Assembly (NCBI GenBank): GCA_002937585.1
Contig: PTKE01000005.1
Location: forward strand, 1-62,024
From: Alphaproteobacteria bacterium MarineAlpha9_Bin6
Lineage (GTDB): Bacteria > Pseudomonadota > Alphaproteobacteria > UBA7887
Direction of reading: 5' to 3'
DNA length: 62,024 nt
This document shows, in pieces, positions 52,305 through 62,024 of this stretch (the first letter of the stretch is position 1; the number at the start of each line of letters is the position of its first letter). The notes under the pieces are model-generated. The model did no database searches, was not told the DNA's origin, and was given only the letters and a program-made list of their open reading frames with translations. Position numbers and translations under genes: made by a program.

Positions 52305-53234
52305 TTACTCCTTGGCGCGTGGATGAGCGGCTTGATACACTAATTTTAGTTGCGTGTCGTCGACCTCCGTATAACGTTGAGTTGTGGAAAGGCTTGAGTG
52401 TCCAAGCAGTTCTTGGATCATGCGTAAGTCACCACCACGAGATAATAGGTGGGTTGCAAAGCTATGGCGGAGTGCGTGCGGCGTTACGCTGTCTGGTAGA
52501 TCAAGCTCAAAGCGTAATCTCCGCATAATTCGCTGGGCCATGCCCGCATTGAGTGGCCGCCCGCGGACACCGAGGAATAAGGCATTATCTGAGTTGATAG
52601 GATATGGGCATGCGGTCCGGTAAGTTTCCACCGCCACTAACACACATGGTAAGAGGGGGACCAACCGTTGCTTGCGACCTTTGCCTGTGATTGTAAGGGT
52701 TTCAGGTTGACCCGACAAATCTCCCCCAGTTAATGCGAGAGCCTCACTGATTCGCAATCCTGTGCCGTATAGAAGTATGAATAATGCCTGGTCGCGTAGC
52801 GAGAGCCACGCTAATCGTTGGCTGGTCAGACGGCCGGCAGCTGCAATTGTTTCTTTCGCATCCACTGGACTCAACGGGTGTGGCACTAATCGGTCGCTTT
52901 TGGGGGTTTGAAGTACGGCGAGCGCAGGGTTCTGTCCTAGCCCTATCTTGTCCATGTATCTGTATAGCCCACGGACCGCAGATAGTGCACGCGCGCGGGA
53001 GCGGGCTGACAGGCCCCGTCGACTCAATCCGGTGAGCCACGCTCTGAAATCGCGGATGCTGAGAGACATGAGTGCAGTAAGGTCCGGTGGATGACCTAAA
53101 TGCTCAGTCATGAAGGCTAAAAAACTGCCGACATCTCGTTTGTACGCTGTGGCGGTGTTTGCCGCCATTCGTCTTTCAGCCAAAAGACATCGCTGCCAGT
53201 CGCCAATTACGCGTTCCAAACTAACCGGGATCAT
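52305..53234 (-). CDS. xerC: Tyrosine recombinase XerC
   Basis: T..AY.RD, LYG.GLRISE, GKG.KQR, TPHALRHSFATHLL..GGDLR.IQELLGH.SLSTTQ.YT. Confidence 0.92.
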   Translation of the reverse strand: MIPVSLERVIGDWQRCLLAERRMAANTATAYKRDVGSFLAFMTEHLGHPPDLTALMSLSIRDFRAWLTGLSRRGLSARSRARALSAVRGLYRYMDKIGLGQNPALAVLQTPKSDRLVPHPLSPVDAKETIAAAGRLTSQRLAWLSLRDQALFILLYGTGLRISEALALTGGDLSGQPETLTITGKGRKQRLVPLLPCVLVAVETYRTACPYPINSDNALFLGVRGRPLNAGMAQRIMRRLRFELDLPDSVTPHALRHSFATHLLSRGGDLRMIQELLGHSSLSTTQRYTEVDDTQLKLVYQAAHPRAKE

Positions 53235-53503
53235 CCTGTGGATAAGTCTTGATTTGGTCTCATCTTACAAAATATGGACCAAAAAGAGTCTCAGGAACAC
53301 TAAATTTAGACAAACGGGTGTTTTCATCAGCAGTGGATGTAGACGGTGTTGAGGGGGCTTGCTCTGTCGTTCCGTCATTTGTCCGGCGATTTTTGCGTAA
53401 ACTTGTGCTCAAACCCAAAATCCGGTGTGAGGGCTTAGTGGGCTGGATGGCTGCAATATTAAATTAGGCTTCGGGGTGGGTCGTCTAGCTTCTGCAGATC
53501 TTG

Positions 53504-54133
53504 TTAAGACTCAGCGGCTTCTTTAATTTTAATGTTCAAGTCTTCGAGTCTTCCAATCAGTGCGTCGACCCCTTCTCGCGCAACGACGGAAGTAAATTCA
53601 GAGCGTTTAGTAGTCAACATGCTCACGCCCTCAGCGACGACATCTATCACTTTTAAACCATGGTTGGTTTCTCGAACCCGCCAATCTAAGCGTAGTGGGA
53701 TCTCTCCGTCCCGCAGTATCAAGGTATATATCACGGTATCTTTCTTTGATAACGGTGCGGATTTTTCTATTTCGATGGTCTCGCCTTGATAAAGCCCGAG
53801 CTGGGAGGTGTATACCTGCAGCAAGTGAGTCTTGAAAACTCGCGCAAATCTGGATTTTTGCCGAGGAGTTGCTGTCCGCCAGTGGCGCCCCAATACTAGC
53901 CGGACGATCGTTGGCATATCGAAATTTTGATTTAAAAGGGCACGAAAACCCGCTTCACGCTGTGCCCTTTCTTCGACAGGTAATTCCAAAAATTTGATCG
54001 CTTTGTCGATCAGTTCGCCGACAAATTGTTCCTGGGGTGGTGTTGCCTGAGACGCAATTGATGCTGAAAATCCGAGCATAATTGCTGTGGCCGCTGCGGT
54101 GACAGAGGTCATACAGAGACGCCTGATCATCAT
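53504..54133 (-). CDS. mlaC: MlaC/Ttg2D phospholipid-binding protein
   Basis: FD...I.R.VLGR.WR.A, DWRV, IDV..EGVSM..T.R.EF. Next to mlaA. Confidence 0.88.
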   Translation of the reverse strand: MMIRRLCMTSVTAAATAIMLGFSASIASQATPPQEQFVGELIDKAIKFLELPVEERAQREAGFRALLNQNFDMPTIVRLVLGRHWRTATPRQKSRFARVFKTHLLQVYTSQLGLYQGETIEIEKSAPLSKKDTVIYTLILRDGEIPLRLDWRVRETNHGLKVIDVVAEGVSMLTTKRSEFTSVVAREGVDALIGRLEDLNIKIKEAAES

Positions 54134-54136
54134 CGA

Positions 54137-55105
54137 TTAATTCACGTAGGATAGTTCGCTGTCATCTGGGAAGTCTTCGGAATGTCCTAAGAATGGATCA
54201 ACTCCGGACGGATCGCCATTTTTTATCAAATCCGCACGACGTTGTCGATAAAGACTGCGAATGGCCGCATAGAAATCGACAGAACTGCGTTCGATTTCAT
54301 CAAGCACCTCAATATTACGCGAGCGCTGGTCAATCCCGTTGACCGCAGTCATGGTCCACCCAACCCACTCAAGACCCGCGTTGTCTAAGGCGTAGTTCAG
54401 AGGATTTAGGAAAAAGTCTACGCCTTGACCTAGACCATCTCGGAATGAAGAGGGCCCCAATACTGGTAGGACTAAATATGCGATTTCGCCACTACCCCAG
54501 ACGGCTAACGTCTGACCAAAATCTTCATCAATCGGTTTGAGTCCTATCGTATCTGCCACGTCGATCAGTCCAGCAATGCCTAACGTCGAGTTTACTAGGA
54601 GCCGTCCGGCTGCAGTGCTCGCGCGGTCAAAGTTACCTTGCATAACTGCGTTCGCAAAATTCAGTGGCTCGCTGAGATTATCTAAGACGTTTTCGATTGC
54701 ATCACGCAGAAAACCAGGAAACACCCACCGGTAGCCTATGGCTATCGGCCGGATCAGTGCGCGATCAAGTGCTAGGTTGACTTCAAATATTCCGCGGTTA
54801 AATGGCTCTAAGGGATCGTTGGTTGCTTGCCATTCTGCGATCGCTTCGGGGTCATTGGCGGGTGGTGTCGCGCATGCCCCTAGGATTGCTATGCAGCACC
54901 CCGCCACAAACAAACGGAACCTAGAACCTGTAAACCATGTTTTTGATATGGCGTTATTTCTGGGCAAGCATCTGAATCCTTTTTTGTCCTTATCGCCAAA
55001 ACGCTTCTTTGCAATAGCCGATGTGCGAAAGGCAAAAATGTTAAGGACCATCGACATATACCAACCCAGACGGATACTTGGTTCCAAGTGCCTCCGTGAG
55101 GGCAC
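54137..55105 (-). CDS. mlaA: MlaA/VacJ lipoprotein
   Basis: Lipobox ILGAC, DPLEPFNR, NL.EP, NST.G..G..D.A, EDFGQTL..WG, YLVLP.LGPS, D.Y...R..Y.Q.R. True start probably downstream of 55105. Confidence 0.9.
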   Translation of the reverse strand: MPSRRHLEPSIRLGWYMSMVLNIFAFRTSAIAKKRFGDKDKKGFRCLPRNNAISKTWFTGSRFRLFVAGCCIAILGACATPPANDPEAIAEWQATNDPLEPFNRGIFEVNLALDRALIRPIAIGYRWVFPGFLRDAIENVLDNLSEPLNFANAVMQGNFDRASTAAGRLLVNSTLGIAGLIDVADTIGLKPIDEDFGQTLAVWGSGEIAYLVLPVLGPSSFRDGLGQGVDFFLNPLNYALDNAGLEWVGWTMTAVNGIDQRSRNIEVLDEIERSSVDFYAAIRSLYRQRRADLIKNGDPSGVDPFLGHSEDFPDDSELSYVN

Positions 55106-55480
55106 CCGTGGAACTCATCTTATCAAGTGACCTAATAGTACTCTCAACCGTTAAATTCGGTATCACAAGATACTATGAAACGCCAGTGTCCGTAATGTAG
55201 TCAGTTGCATCATGGCAAAGATGTTGCAAATTTGTCTCGGTCTTTGAAAACGTCAAAACAGGCAACCACGGTGGTGGGGGGACGCGGGGAACCGGTGTAA
55301 AGGTGTGTGCGATACAGCTTCCTTCTCCCTTAACTCTTCGTACTTCAGTTGGTTGGAGCTCAGGGCAGTGAATTTTGGGGTGACCAAACTTCAAATTACA
55401 CGTGTGGGCATCCTACTATAAATCAATTCACAAACAGTATCTGCTATAGTAATTTATTGTAACATTAAAACATATTTATA

Positions 55481-55498
55481 TACGCACATATCTGTGTA
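55481..55498. promoter_or_regulatory. Palindromic operator, probable autoregulatory site of the ArsR-methyltransferase regulator
   Basis: TACGCACATATCTGTGTA matches its reverse complement at 14 of 18 positions. It lies in an AT-rich promoter region 15 bp before the regulator start. Confidence 0.5.
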
Positions 55499-55513
55499 AG
55501 ACAATCCCAAGAG

Positions 55514-56485
55514 GTGGGGATGCTAAATTTTGTTCTGCAAGGATTACGGGCTGCGGCCGAGCCGACACGGCTCCGTTTGCTTGCGCTTTGTGCCGATAGT
55601 GAACTGACAGTTACGGAATTGACAGAGATTTTGGGGCAAAGCCAACCGCGGGTGTCGCAACATTTGCGACAGCTTTGTGATACGGGGTTGCTTGAGCGGC
55701 GGCAGGAGGGGACTTGGGCTTTTTACCGCATGATATCTGATGGCGCTGGTCGAGAGTTAGCTCAAACATTATTGACTCTGCTCCCTGAAAAAGACGAGGC
55801 GCTAACGTTGGACCGCGAGCGACTTAGTAAGGTCAAACGGGCACGTGCCGTGGAGGCCCAGAGGTTATTTGCGGAAAACGCGCCGTGTTGGGATGAATTG
55901 CGTAAACTCTATGTTTCCGAACGCGAGGTCGAGTCTGCGCTTAAAGGCGTGTTTTCTAACATGCAGGTCGGGGACTTTCTTGATATCGGCACGGGTACCG
56001 GGCGGATCCTGGACCTGATGGCTGACCAAATTGACCGAGGTATTGGTATCGATCTGTCGCGTGCCATGTTGGCGGTAGCTCGTGTCAATTTACAACGCCC
56101 GGGAGCAAGTAACTGTCAGGTGCGACATGGGGACATGTACAAAATGCCCTTCGCAACGGAATCATTTGATGCAGTATCAATTCACATGGTGTTGCATTAC
56201 TCGGATGATCCGTCGAGCGTGCTAGTTGAGGCGGGCCGCGTACTGCGTCCTGGAGGGCGTATGGCGGTGGTTGATTTTGATCGCCATGATCTAGAATTTT
56301 TGCGTACAGAGCATGCCCATAGACGTCTCGGCTTTACTGATACAGAAATCCGCGATTGGTTCCGAGGTGCTGGTCTTGAGTGTGAGACTGCGCTGCGACT
56401 AGAGGGCGAAGAATTGACAGTTGTGTTGTGGGGAGCTCGGCGTCTGATAGACGCCATGGACTACGCCGGACCACCTTTGTCGTGA
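55514..56485 (+). CDS. ArsR-HTH/SAM-methyltransferase fusion regulator (SahR-like)
   Basis: A.PTRLRLL, LTV.EL..ILGQSQPRVS.HL, then LDIGTGTG, H.VLH, LRPGG, HAHRRLGF. Heads metF-metH. Confidence 0.9.
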   Translation: MGMLNFVLQGLRAAAEPTRLRLLALCADSELTVTELTEILGQSQPRVSQHLRQLCDTGLLERRQEGTWAFYRMISDGAGRELAQTLLTLLPEKDEALTLDRERLSKVKRARAVEAQRLFAENAPCWDELRKLYVSEREVESALKGVFSNMQVGDFLDIGTGTGRILDLMADQIDRGIGIDLSRAMLAVARVNLQRPGASNCQVRHGDMYKMPFATESFDAVSIHMVLHYSDDPSSVLVEAGRVLRPGGRMAVVDFDRHDLEFLRTEHAHRRLGFTDTEIRDWFRGAGLECETALRLEGEELTVVLWGARRLIDAMDYAGPPLS

Positions 56486-57402
56486 GTGGTGCAGGCGTGA
56501 AGAGTCTCCGTAAGTTGGGACATAAGGACCGGGCCGCATTGGAGGTGTCCTTTGAGTTTTTTCCCCCAAAGACGGAGAAAACGGTAGAGAGGCTTTGGCG
56601 TTCGGTTGATCGCCTAGCGCCCTTAAGGCCACGATTTGTGTCCGTGACCTATGGGGCGGGCGGCAGCACTCGCGACCGCACACATGCCATAGTTGCCCAC
56701 CTTCGCCGCAACACAGATCTCGAGCCCGCCGCCCATTTAACCTGTGTTGGGGCAAGCGTTGAGGAAGTCAACGCAGTTGTTCGTGATTATTACGCAGCAG
56801 GTGTTCGACATATAGTGGCGTTGCGCGGCGATCCTCCTGAAGGAGAATCGAAATTTACCCCCCATCCGGAGGGTTATGATGGTTCGGTTGAGTTGATCTC
56901 AGGACTCAAGACCATCGCCGATTTCGAAATCAGTGTTGGAGCTTATCCGGAGCCTCACCCAGACTCACGCGGGATGCAAAGTGAACTCGACTATTTGAAA
57001 CGAAAATTGGACGCTGGTGCAACACGTTTCATCACACAGTTTTTTTTCGACAACGATTGTTTCTTACGTTTTCTCGACAAGGTTCGCGGTGCGGGGATCG
57101 AAGCACCGATAGTGCCTGGTATCCTACCGGTCACCAATTTTCAGCAGGTTGCGCGTTTTAGTTCTATGTGTGGTGCTTCCATACCCGACTGGTTTGGGAG
57201 TCGATTTGATGGACTGGACGATGATCCAAGTACTCGCCAGCTCGTCGCAGCTCACACCGCGGCTGATCAATGTTTTGGACTGCTGGAATCGGGAATTAAT
57301 GAGTTTCACTTTTATACTTTAAATCGTGCGGATCTCGTGTTCGCCATCTGTCATATGTTGGGCGTGCGCGCAGGGCCAACCGATGCCACTGGCGCGGACT
57401 GA
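56482..57402 (+). CDS. metF: 5,10-methylenetetrahydrofolate reductase
   Basis: [42 protein letters not shown] 56482 overlaps the upstream TGA. Confidence 0.96.
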   Translation: MSGAGVKSLRKLGHKDRAALEVSFEFFPPKTEKTVERLWRSVDRLAPLRPRFVSVTYGAGGSTRDRTHAIVAHLRRNTDLEPAAHLTCVGASVEEVNAVVRDYYAAGVRHIVALRGDPPEGESKFTPHPEGYDGSVELISGLKTIADFEISVGAYPEPHPDSRGMQSELDYLKRKLDAGATRFITQFFFDNDCFLRFLDKVRGAGIEAPIVPGILPVTNFQQVARFSSMCGASIPDWFGSRFDGLDDDPSTRQLVAAHTAADQCFGLLESGINEFHFYTLNRADLVFAICHMLGVRAGPTDATGAD

Positions 57403-57404
57403 CT

Positions 57405-58457
57405 ATGACAGCTCTAAATGAACGCTCGATCGCGGCGGTAGCGCGTGAGCGTATCTTGGTGATGGATGGTGCCATGGGAACCATGATCCAAGGCTATCAG
57501 TTGAGTGACGCCGACTATCGCGGGAAACGCTTTGCTGATTATCCGTCTGATCTTAAAGGCGCTAATGACCTTCTTAATATTACTCAAAGCCGGGTTATCA
57601 AAGAAATCCACACTTCGTATTTGGAGGCTGGGGCCGACATTCTAACCACGAACACGTTTAATGCGAATTCGATCTCGATGTCGGACTATAAACTCGAAAG
57701 AATTGTTCAAGAACTCAATTTCGAGGGAGCACGTATTGCCAGAGAGGCAGCAGACGAGGCGTCGACGCCGGAAAGGCCACGATTTGTCGCGGGTGCGCTT
57801 GGGCCAACCAATCGGACCGCGTCAATGTCTCCGGATGTCTCTGACCCCGGCTATCGCGCGATCACTTATGATGAAATACGAACCACATATCGTGAGGCCG
57901 CATCTGCGCTCATTGAAGGCGGTGTAGACTTGCTGCTACTAGAGACCGTATTTGATACCTTGAACGCGAAAGCGGCGTTATTCGCCTTTGAGGAATTGTT
58001 TGAGGAGCGCGGTTCTCGTTTGCCGGTAATGGTCTCAGGTACGATCACTGATCGTTCGGGACGTACTCTCACCGGACAGACTATCGAGGCTTTCTGGTAT
58101 TCAGTCCGTCACGGACGTCCCATCAGCATCGGTCTTAATTGCTCATTTGGTGCTGCACAGTTGAGACCTTATATAGCAGAACTCGCAGCCATAGCTGATT
58201 GCATGATCAGTGCATATCCGAATGCTGGCTTGCCGAACGAATTTGCTGAATATGATGAGCTACCGGAAGAGACCGCAAGCCATATACAAACCTGGGCCGA
58301 AGACGGTCTTGTAAATTTTGTAGGTGGCTGCTGCGGAACTACGCCGGACCATATTCAGTCTATTGCAGAGGCGGTTGCGGGGTTTCCACCTCGTGAGCCA
58401 CCAATATTACAACAATGCTTGCGACTGTCAGGTCTCGAAGCGATTGAGGTGGTTTGA
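57405..58457 (+). CDS. metH: Methionine synthase, homocysteine-binding module (split MetH, part 1)
   Basis: [40 protein letters not shown]. Confidence 0.93.
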   Translation: MTALNERSIAAVARERILVMDGAMGTMIQGYQLSDADYRGKRFADYPSDLKGANDLLNITQSRVIKEIHTSYLEAGADILTTNTFNANSISMSDYKLERIVQELNFEGARIAREAADEASTPERPRFVAGALGPTNRTASMSPDVSDPGYRAITYDEIRTTYREAASALIEGGVDLLLLETVFDTLNAKAALFAFEELFEERGSRLPVMVSGTITDRSGRTLTGQTIEAFWYSVRHGRPISIGLNCSFGAAQLRPYIAELAAIADCMISAYPNAGLPNEFAEYDELPEETASHIQTWAEDGLVNFVGGCCGTTPDHIQSIAEAVAGFPPREPPILQQCLRLSGLEAIEVV

Positions 58458-61129
58458 TGATGACGCCACGATTTATCAATATCGGCGAGCGCACCAATGT
58501 TGCTGGATCTGCTAAGTTTCGCAAACTTATTATTTCGGAGGATTATGAGGGTGCACTCCAAATTGCTCGCCAGCAGGCGACAAACGGTGCACAAATTTTA
58601 GACATAAATATGGACGAGGGCATGCTGGATGGTGAGGCTGCTATGGTCCGGTTTTTACGAATGATTGCTGCTGAGCCGGACATTAGTAGGATCCCAGTAA
58701 TGATTGACTCGTCGAAATGGTCCGTAATCGAAGCAGGTTTAAAAAATGTCCAGGGGAAGGGCATCGCTAATTCAATAAGCCTTAAAGAAGGTGAAGCTCC
58801 ATTCGTCGAGCAGGCCGAGTTGATTCGTCGTTACGGGGCAGCTGTGGTGGTCATGGCCTTCGATGAGAATGGGCAGGCTGAGACTGCTGCACGGAAAGTA
58901 GAAATATGTACTCGGGGCTATTGTTTGTTAACCGACCAAGTCGGTTTTCCACCTGAAGATATCATTTTTGATCCCAATATCTTCGCAGTCGCCACTGGTA
59001 TCGAAGAACACAATGATTATGCCGTGGCGTTCATAGAGGCAACTCGTCGAATTAAATCTGAATTGCCCTACGCTCATGTCTCTGGTGGAGTTTCGAACGT
59101 ATCTTTCTCGTTTCGCGGCAACGACAATGTGCGATCAGCGATGCATTCTGCATTCCTCTACCATGCCATTCAAGCTGGTATGGATATGGGCATCGTCAAT
59201 GCGGGACAAGTTCCTATATACGAGGAAATCCCGATCGATCTTAAAAACCGGATCGAGGACGTATTATTTAATCGAGGTAACGATGCTACGGAGAGGCTGC
59301 TGGAGGTCGCGCAGCAGCATAAAGGTCATTTCTCTAAACCAACGGAAGATAATGATGCATCGTGGCGTGAGACTGATGTGGCTGGGCGGCTTCAATACGC
59401 ATTGGTGCGCGGTATAAACGATTTTGTCGTCCAGGACACAGAAGAAGCGCGACAGGCTGCTGATCGTCCAATATCTGTCATCGAAGGCCCATTGATGGCT
59501 GGGATGAGCGAGGTAGGAGACTTATTCGGCGCAGGGAAAATGTTTCTGCCTCAAGTGGTTAAGAGCGCACGCGTGATGAAACAGGCTGTTGCCCATCTGA
59601 TTCCCTTCATGGAGAAGGAAAAGGGTTCCAGAAACGGTGTCGGAAACAAAGCCGGCAGGATCGTCTTGGCAACTGTCAAGGGTGATGTCCATGACATTGG
59701 CAAGAACATTGTAAGCGTGGTGCTCCAGTGCAACAACTACGAGGTTATCGATCTTGGCGTCATGGTGCCGTGCCTAGATATTATCGAGACAGCAAAGAGT
59801 GAAGGCGCGAACCTGATAGGTTTGTCGGGATTAATAACTCCTAGCCTAGAAGAAATGCGCGTTATTGCTAGGGAAATGACACGGGCTGATATTAAAGTGC
59901 CATTACTAATCGGAGGTGCTACGACGAGTCGAGTTCACACTGCGGTGAAGATCGCTACAAATTATACTGGGGCGACCGTTCATGTTTCTGACGCCTCCAA
60001 GGCTGTGGGGGTCGTGGGAAGCCTCTTATCGGTTGATCGGTGTGATAAATTCCTTGCCGAAGTCGCGGACGAATATGAAGAAATTCGTGACAGGCATGCT
60101 AAGGGTGACCGAAGGAGCACGAGACAGACGCTCGCAGGAGCGCGCGCGAATAAATTTAAGATTAATTGGTCAGATTATAAACCGCCCAAGCCGAACTATT
60201 CTGGTTTGCGCGTTTTCGAGAATTATGACCTCTCAATGTTGGAGCGGTATATCGATTGGAACCCATTTTTCCAGGCGTGGGAGTTGGCTGGAAAGTTTCC
60301 CAGGATCCTCGATGATGAGGTGGTTGGGGAAGCAGCGCGTGAGCTGCATCGTGATGCTCAGGTCATGCTTTCACGAATTATAGATGAGGGTTGGTTTAAT
60401 GCCCGGGCAGTGATTGGGTTGTGGCCTGCAAACGTGATCGGAAACGAGGACATTGTCGTTTTCAGCGATCATAGTCGGAAAGTGGTGCTCGCCACATTGC
60501 ACACACTTCGCCAGCAAATGGCACGTGATCGACGGCGTGCTAATCACGCACTCGCCGACTTTATTGCACCGCTTGAAAGTGGAGTGGCAGATTACGTAGG
60601 TGCGTTTGTAGTTACCACGGGTCATGGTTGTGACGAGGCTGCTAATCGTTTTGAGGTTGCTCATGACGATTACAATGCAATTATGGTTAAATCCCTTTCG
60701 GATCGTCTGGCCGAGGCCTTTGCTGAGCATATGCACGAGCGTGTTCGCAAAGAATTATGGGGTTACGCTACTGCTGAATCTCTCGACAGCGAGTCACTGA
60801 TACTCGAACAATATCAAGGCATTAGACCTGCTCCAGGTTACCCGGCTTGTCCCGATCATACAGAGAAAAAAACCCTATTTTCGTTGCTGGAAGCTGAATT
60901 CAATACTGGTGTTACCTTAACGGATAATTTCGCTATGTGGCCCAGTGCTTCCGTATGCGGAATATATTTCAGTCACCCAGAAAGTCGTTATTTTGGTGTT
61001 GGGAAGATAGAACGAGATCAGGTTGAGGATTATGCGAAGCGGAAGGGCATAGCAGTCGCTGATGTCGAGCGGTGGCTGGCTTCAACGCTGAATTATGATC
61101 GAGATCAATCTGCTGAAAAAGCAGCATGA
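58454..61129 (+). CDS. metH: Methionine synthase, pterin/cobalamin/reactivation modules (split MetH, part 2)
   Basis: [59 protein letters not shown]. Confidence 0.95.
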   Translation: MMMTPRFINIGERTNVAGSAKFRKLIISEDYEGALQIARQQATNGAQILDINMDEGMLDGEAAMVRFLRMIAAEPDISRIPVMIDSSKWSVIEAGLKNVQGKGIANSISLKEGEAPFVEQAELIRRYGAAVVVMAFDENGQAETAARKVEICTRGYCLLTDQVGFPPEDIIFDPNIFAVATGIEEHNDYAVAFIEATRRIKSELPYAHVSGGVSNVSFSFRGNDNVRSAMHSAFLYHAIQAGMDMGIVNAGQVPIYEEIPIDLKNRIEDVLFNRGNDATERLLEVAQQHKGHFSKPTEDNDASWRETDVAGRLQYALVRGINDFVVQDTEEARQAADRPISVIEGPLMAGMSEVGDLFGAGKMFLPQVVKSARVMKQAVAHLIPFMEKEKGSRNGVGNKAGRIVLATVKGDVHDIGKNIVSVVLQCNNYEVIDLGVMVPCLDIIETAKSEGANLIGLSGLITPSLEEMRVIAREMTRADIKVPLLIGGATTSRVHTAVKIATNYTGATVHVSDASKAVGVVGSLLSVDRCDKFLAEVADEYEEIRDRHAKGDRRSTRQTLAGARANKFKINWSDYKPPKPNYSGLRVFENYDLSMLERYIDWNPFFQAWELAGKFPRILDDEVVGEAARELHRDAQVMLSRIIDEGWFNARAVIGLWPANVIGNEDIVVFSDHSRKVVLATLHTLRQQMARDRRRANHALADFIAPLESGVADYVGAFVVTTGHGCDEAANRFEVAHDDYNAIMVKSLSDRLAEAFAEHMHERVRKELWGYATAESLDSESLILEQYQGIRPAPGYPACPDHTEKKTLFSLLEAEFNTGVTLTDNFAMWPSASVCGIYFSHPESRYFGVGKIERDQVEDYAKRKGIAVADVERWLASTLNYDRDQSAEKAA

Positions 61130-61268
61130 CTGCACTACTGGATACTGGAAGGTTTTATTTTTAGGCAACAAAATTTGTGACGTAATTTGGTGTCAAAGGG
61201 TTGCCCATACCGATTTTTAAAATGGCTAATGCAGGTACCTCGTTGCCGGGTGAAGAAGTGAAACTGGT

Positions 61269-62024
61269 CTAGCGTGTTGGGACGGGAACTTCAGTGGAAT
61301 AATCGTAAAAACCGCATCTTGACTCGTGGCCTAATCAACCGGCCTCAACGTATTTAACCAATAAGGGACAGGGCCGGTATTTGCTATCTGCTAATCCGTC
61401 GTGAAGGATCTGCGTGACTGCAAGGCACACGTCAAGGCCAATGAAATCAGCCAGTTGCAGAGGGTCCATAGGATGATTTGCGCCAAGACGCATGGCGGTA
61501 TCGATGGATTCAACCGATCCCACACCCTCATACAAGGTGTAAACTGCCTCGTTAATCATCGGTAATAATACCCGATTGACAGTAAACGCCGGGAAATCTT
61601 ACGCACTTATCGGAGTTTTCCCAAGCCGTGCTGTGAGCACACGAATTTGCTTGAAGGTTGCAGAATCAGTGGCTATGCCGCGAATGAGCTCGACAAGCAG
61701 CATCGCTGGCACTGGGTTCATAAAATGCATACCCATAAATTGGCCGGGCCGATCTGATGCAGCGGCGAGACGTGTGATGGAGATGGACGAAGCGTTGGTG
61801 GCGATCAACGCTGCCTACTTAAGGATCCCAGTTAACTTCTTAAAACTTTCCCTCTTAACTTCCTCTTTCTCACTGACCTCCTCAATTACCAAATCTACAT
61901 CAGTTAGTATGTGTAGCGGAATTGAGGTTTGGATTCGCGCGAGCGCACTATCTTTATCTGACACCGATATCTTGCCACGGGCAATCTGGTGATCGAGGAT
62001 TCCATTAATTGTCTCGATGCCATG
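61269..62024 (-). pseudogene. hbd: 3-hydroxybutyryl-CoA dehydrogenase pseudogene (5' end outside window)
   Basis: One frame with [43 protein letters not shown] and GFYDY...PVPTR*, interrupted by stops at 61815-61817, 61599-61601 and 61335-61337. Confidence 0.9.

Noticed and set aside
52305-53234. Tyrosine recombinase as a phage or island integrase
   Set aside because: The sequence and position fit housekeeping XerC; there are no att repeats, tRNA or phage genes nearby.
55286-55330. GGGGAACCGGTGTAAA resembling the start of a cobalamin riboswitch upstream of the met operon
   Set aside because: The following conserved elements (TCC, GCCCCCGC.ACTGT, AG.C.G) are absent.

Overview
Chromosomal segment of an alphaproteobacterium. 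The gene set and order (chvI-chvG, zapE-mdh-sucCD, fabI-aroC, xseB-ispA-tlyA, mlaA-mlaC, ArsR-methyltransferase/metF/split metH) look Rhodospirillales-like, and GC is roughly 50-55% by eye. I found no rRNA, tRNA, CRISPR or IS elements. Core genes flank a catabolic accessory block of about 27 kb (~9.6-36.8 kb). That block holds (i) a MeaB/MeaH GTPase, a B12-dependent 2-hydroxyisobutyryl-CoA mutase large subunit (HcmA signature) and a tandem two-domain gamma-carbonic-anhydrase-like protein whose halves keep complementary metal ligands; (ii) an orphan DpgC-like cofactor-free dioxygenase; (iii) a coenzyme F420 biosynthesis operon (fbiC-fno-cofE-cofD-cofC) surrounded by four predicted F420-dependent oxidoreductases; and (iv) a TAXI-TRAP transporter with a duplicated N-terminal membrane module. 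Outside the block is a porin/FMN-binding/PepSY operon behind a Fur-like box. The window also shows erosion: five pseudogenes (Sel1, DUF481-like, crotonase, zapE, hbd) and absence of sucA-sucB-lpdA and dxs from their usual positions. All family calls come from recognising motifs by eye; no database searches were run.
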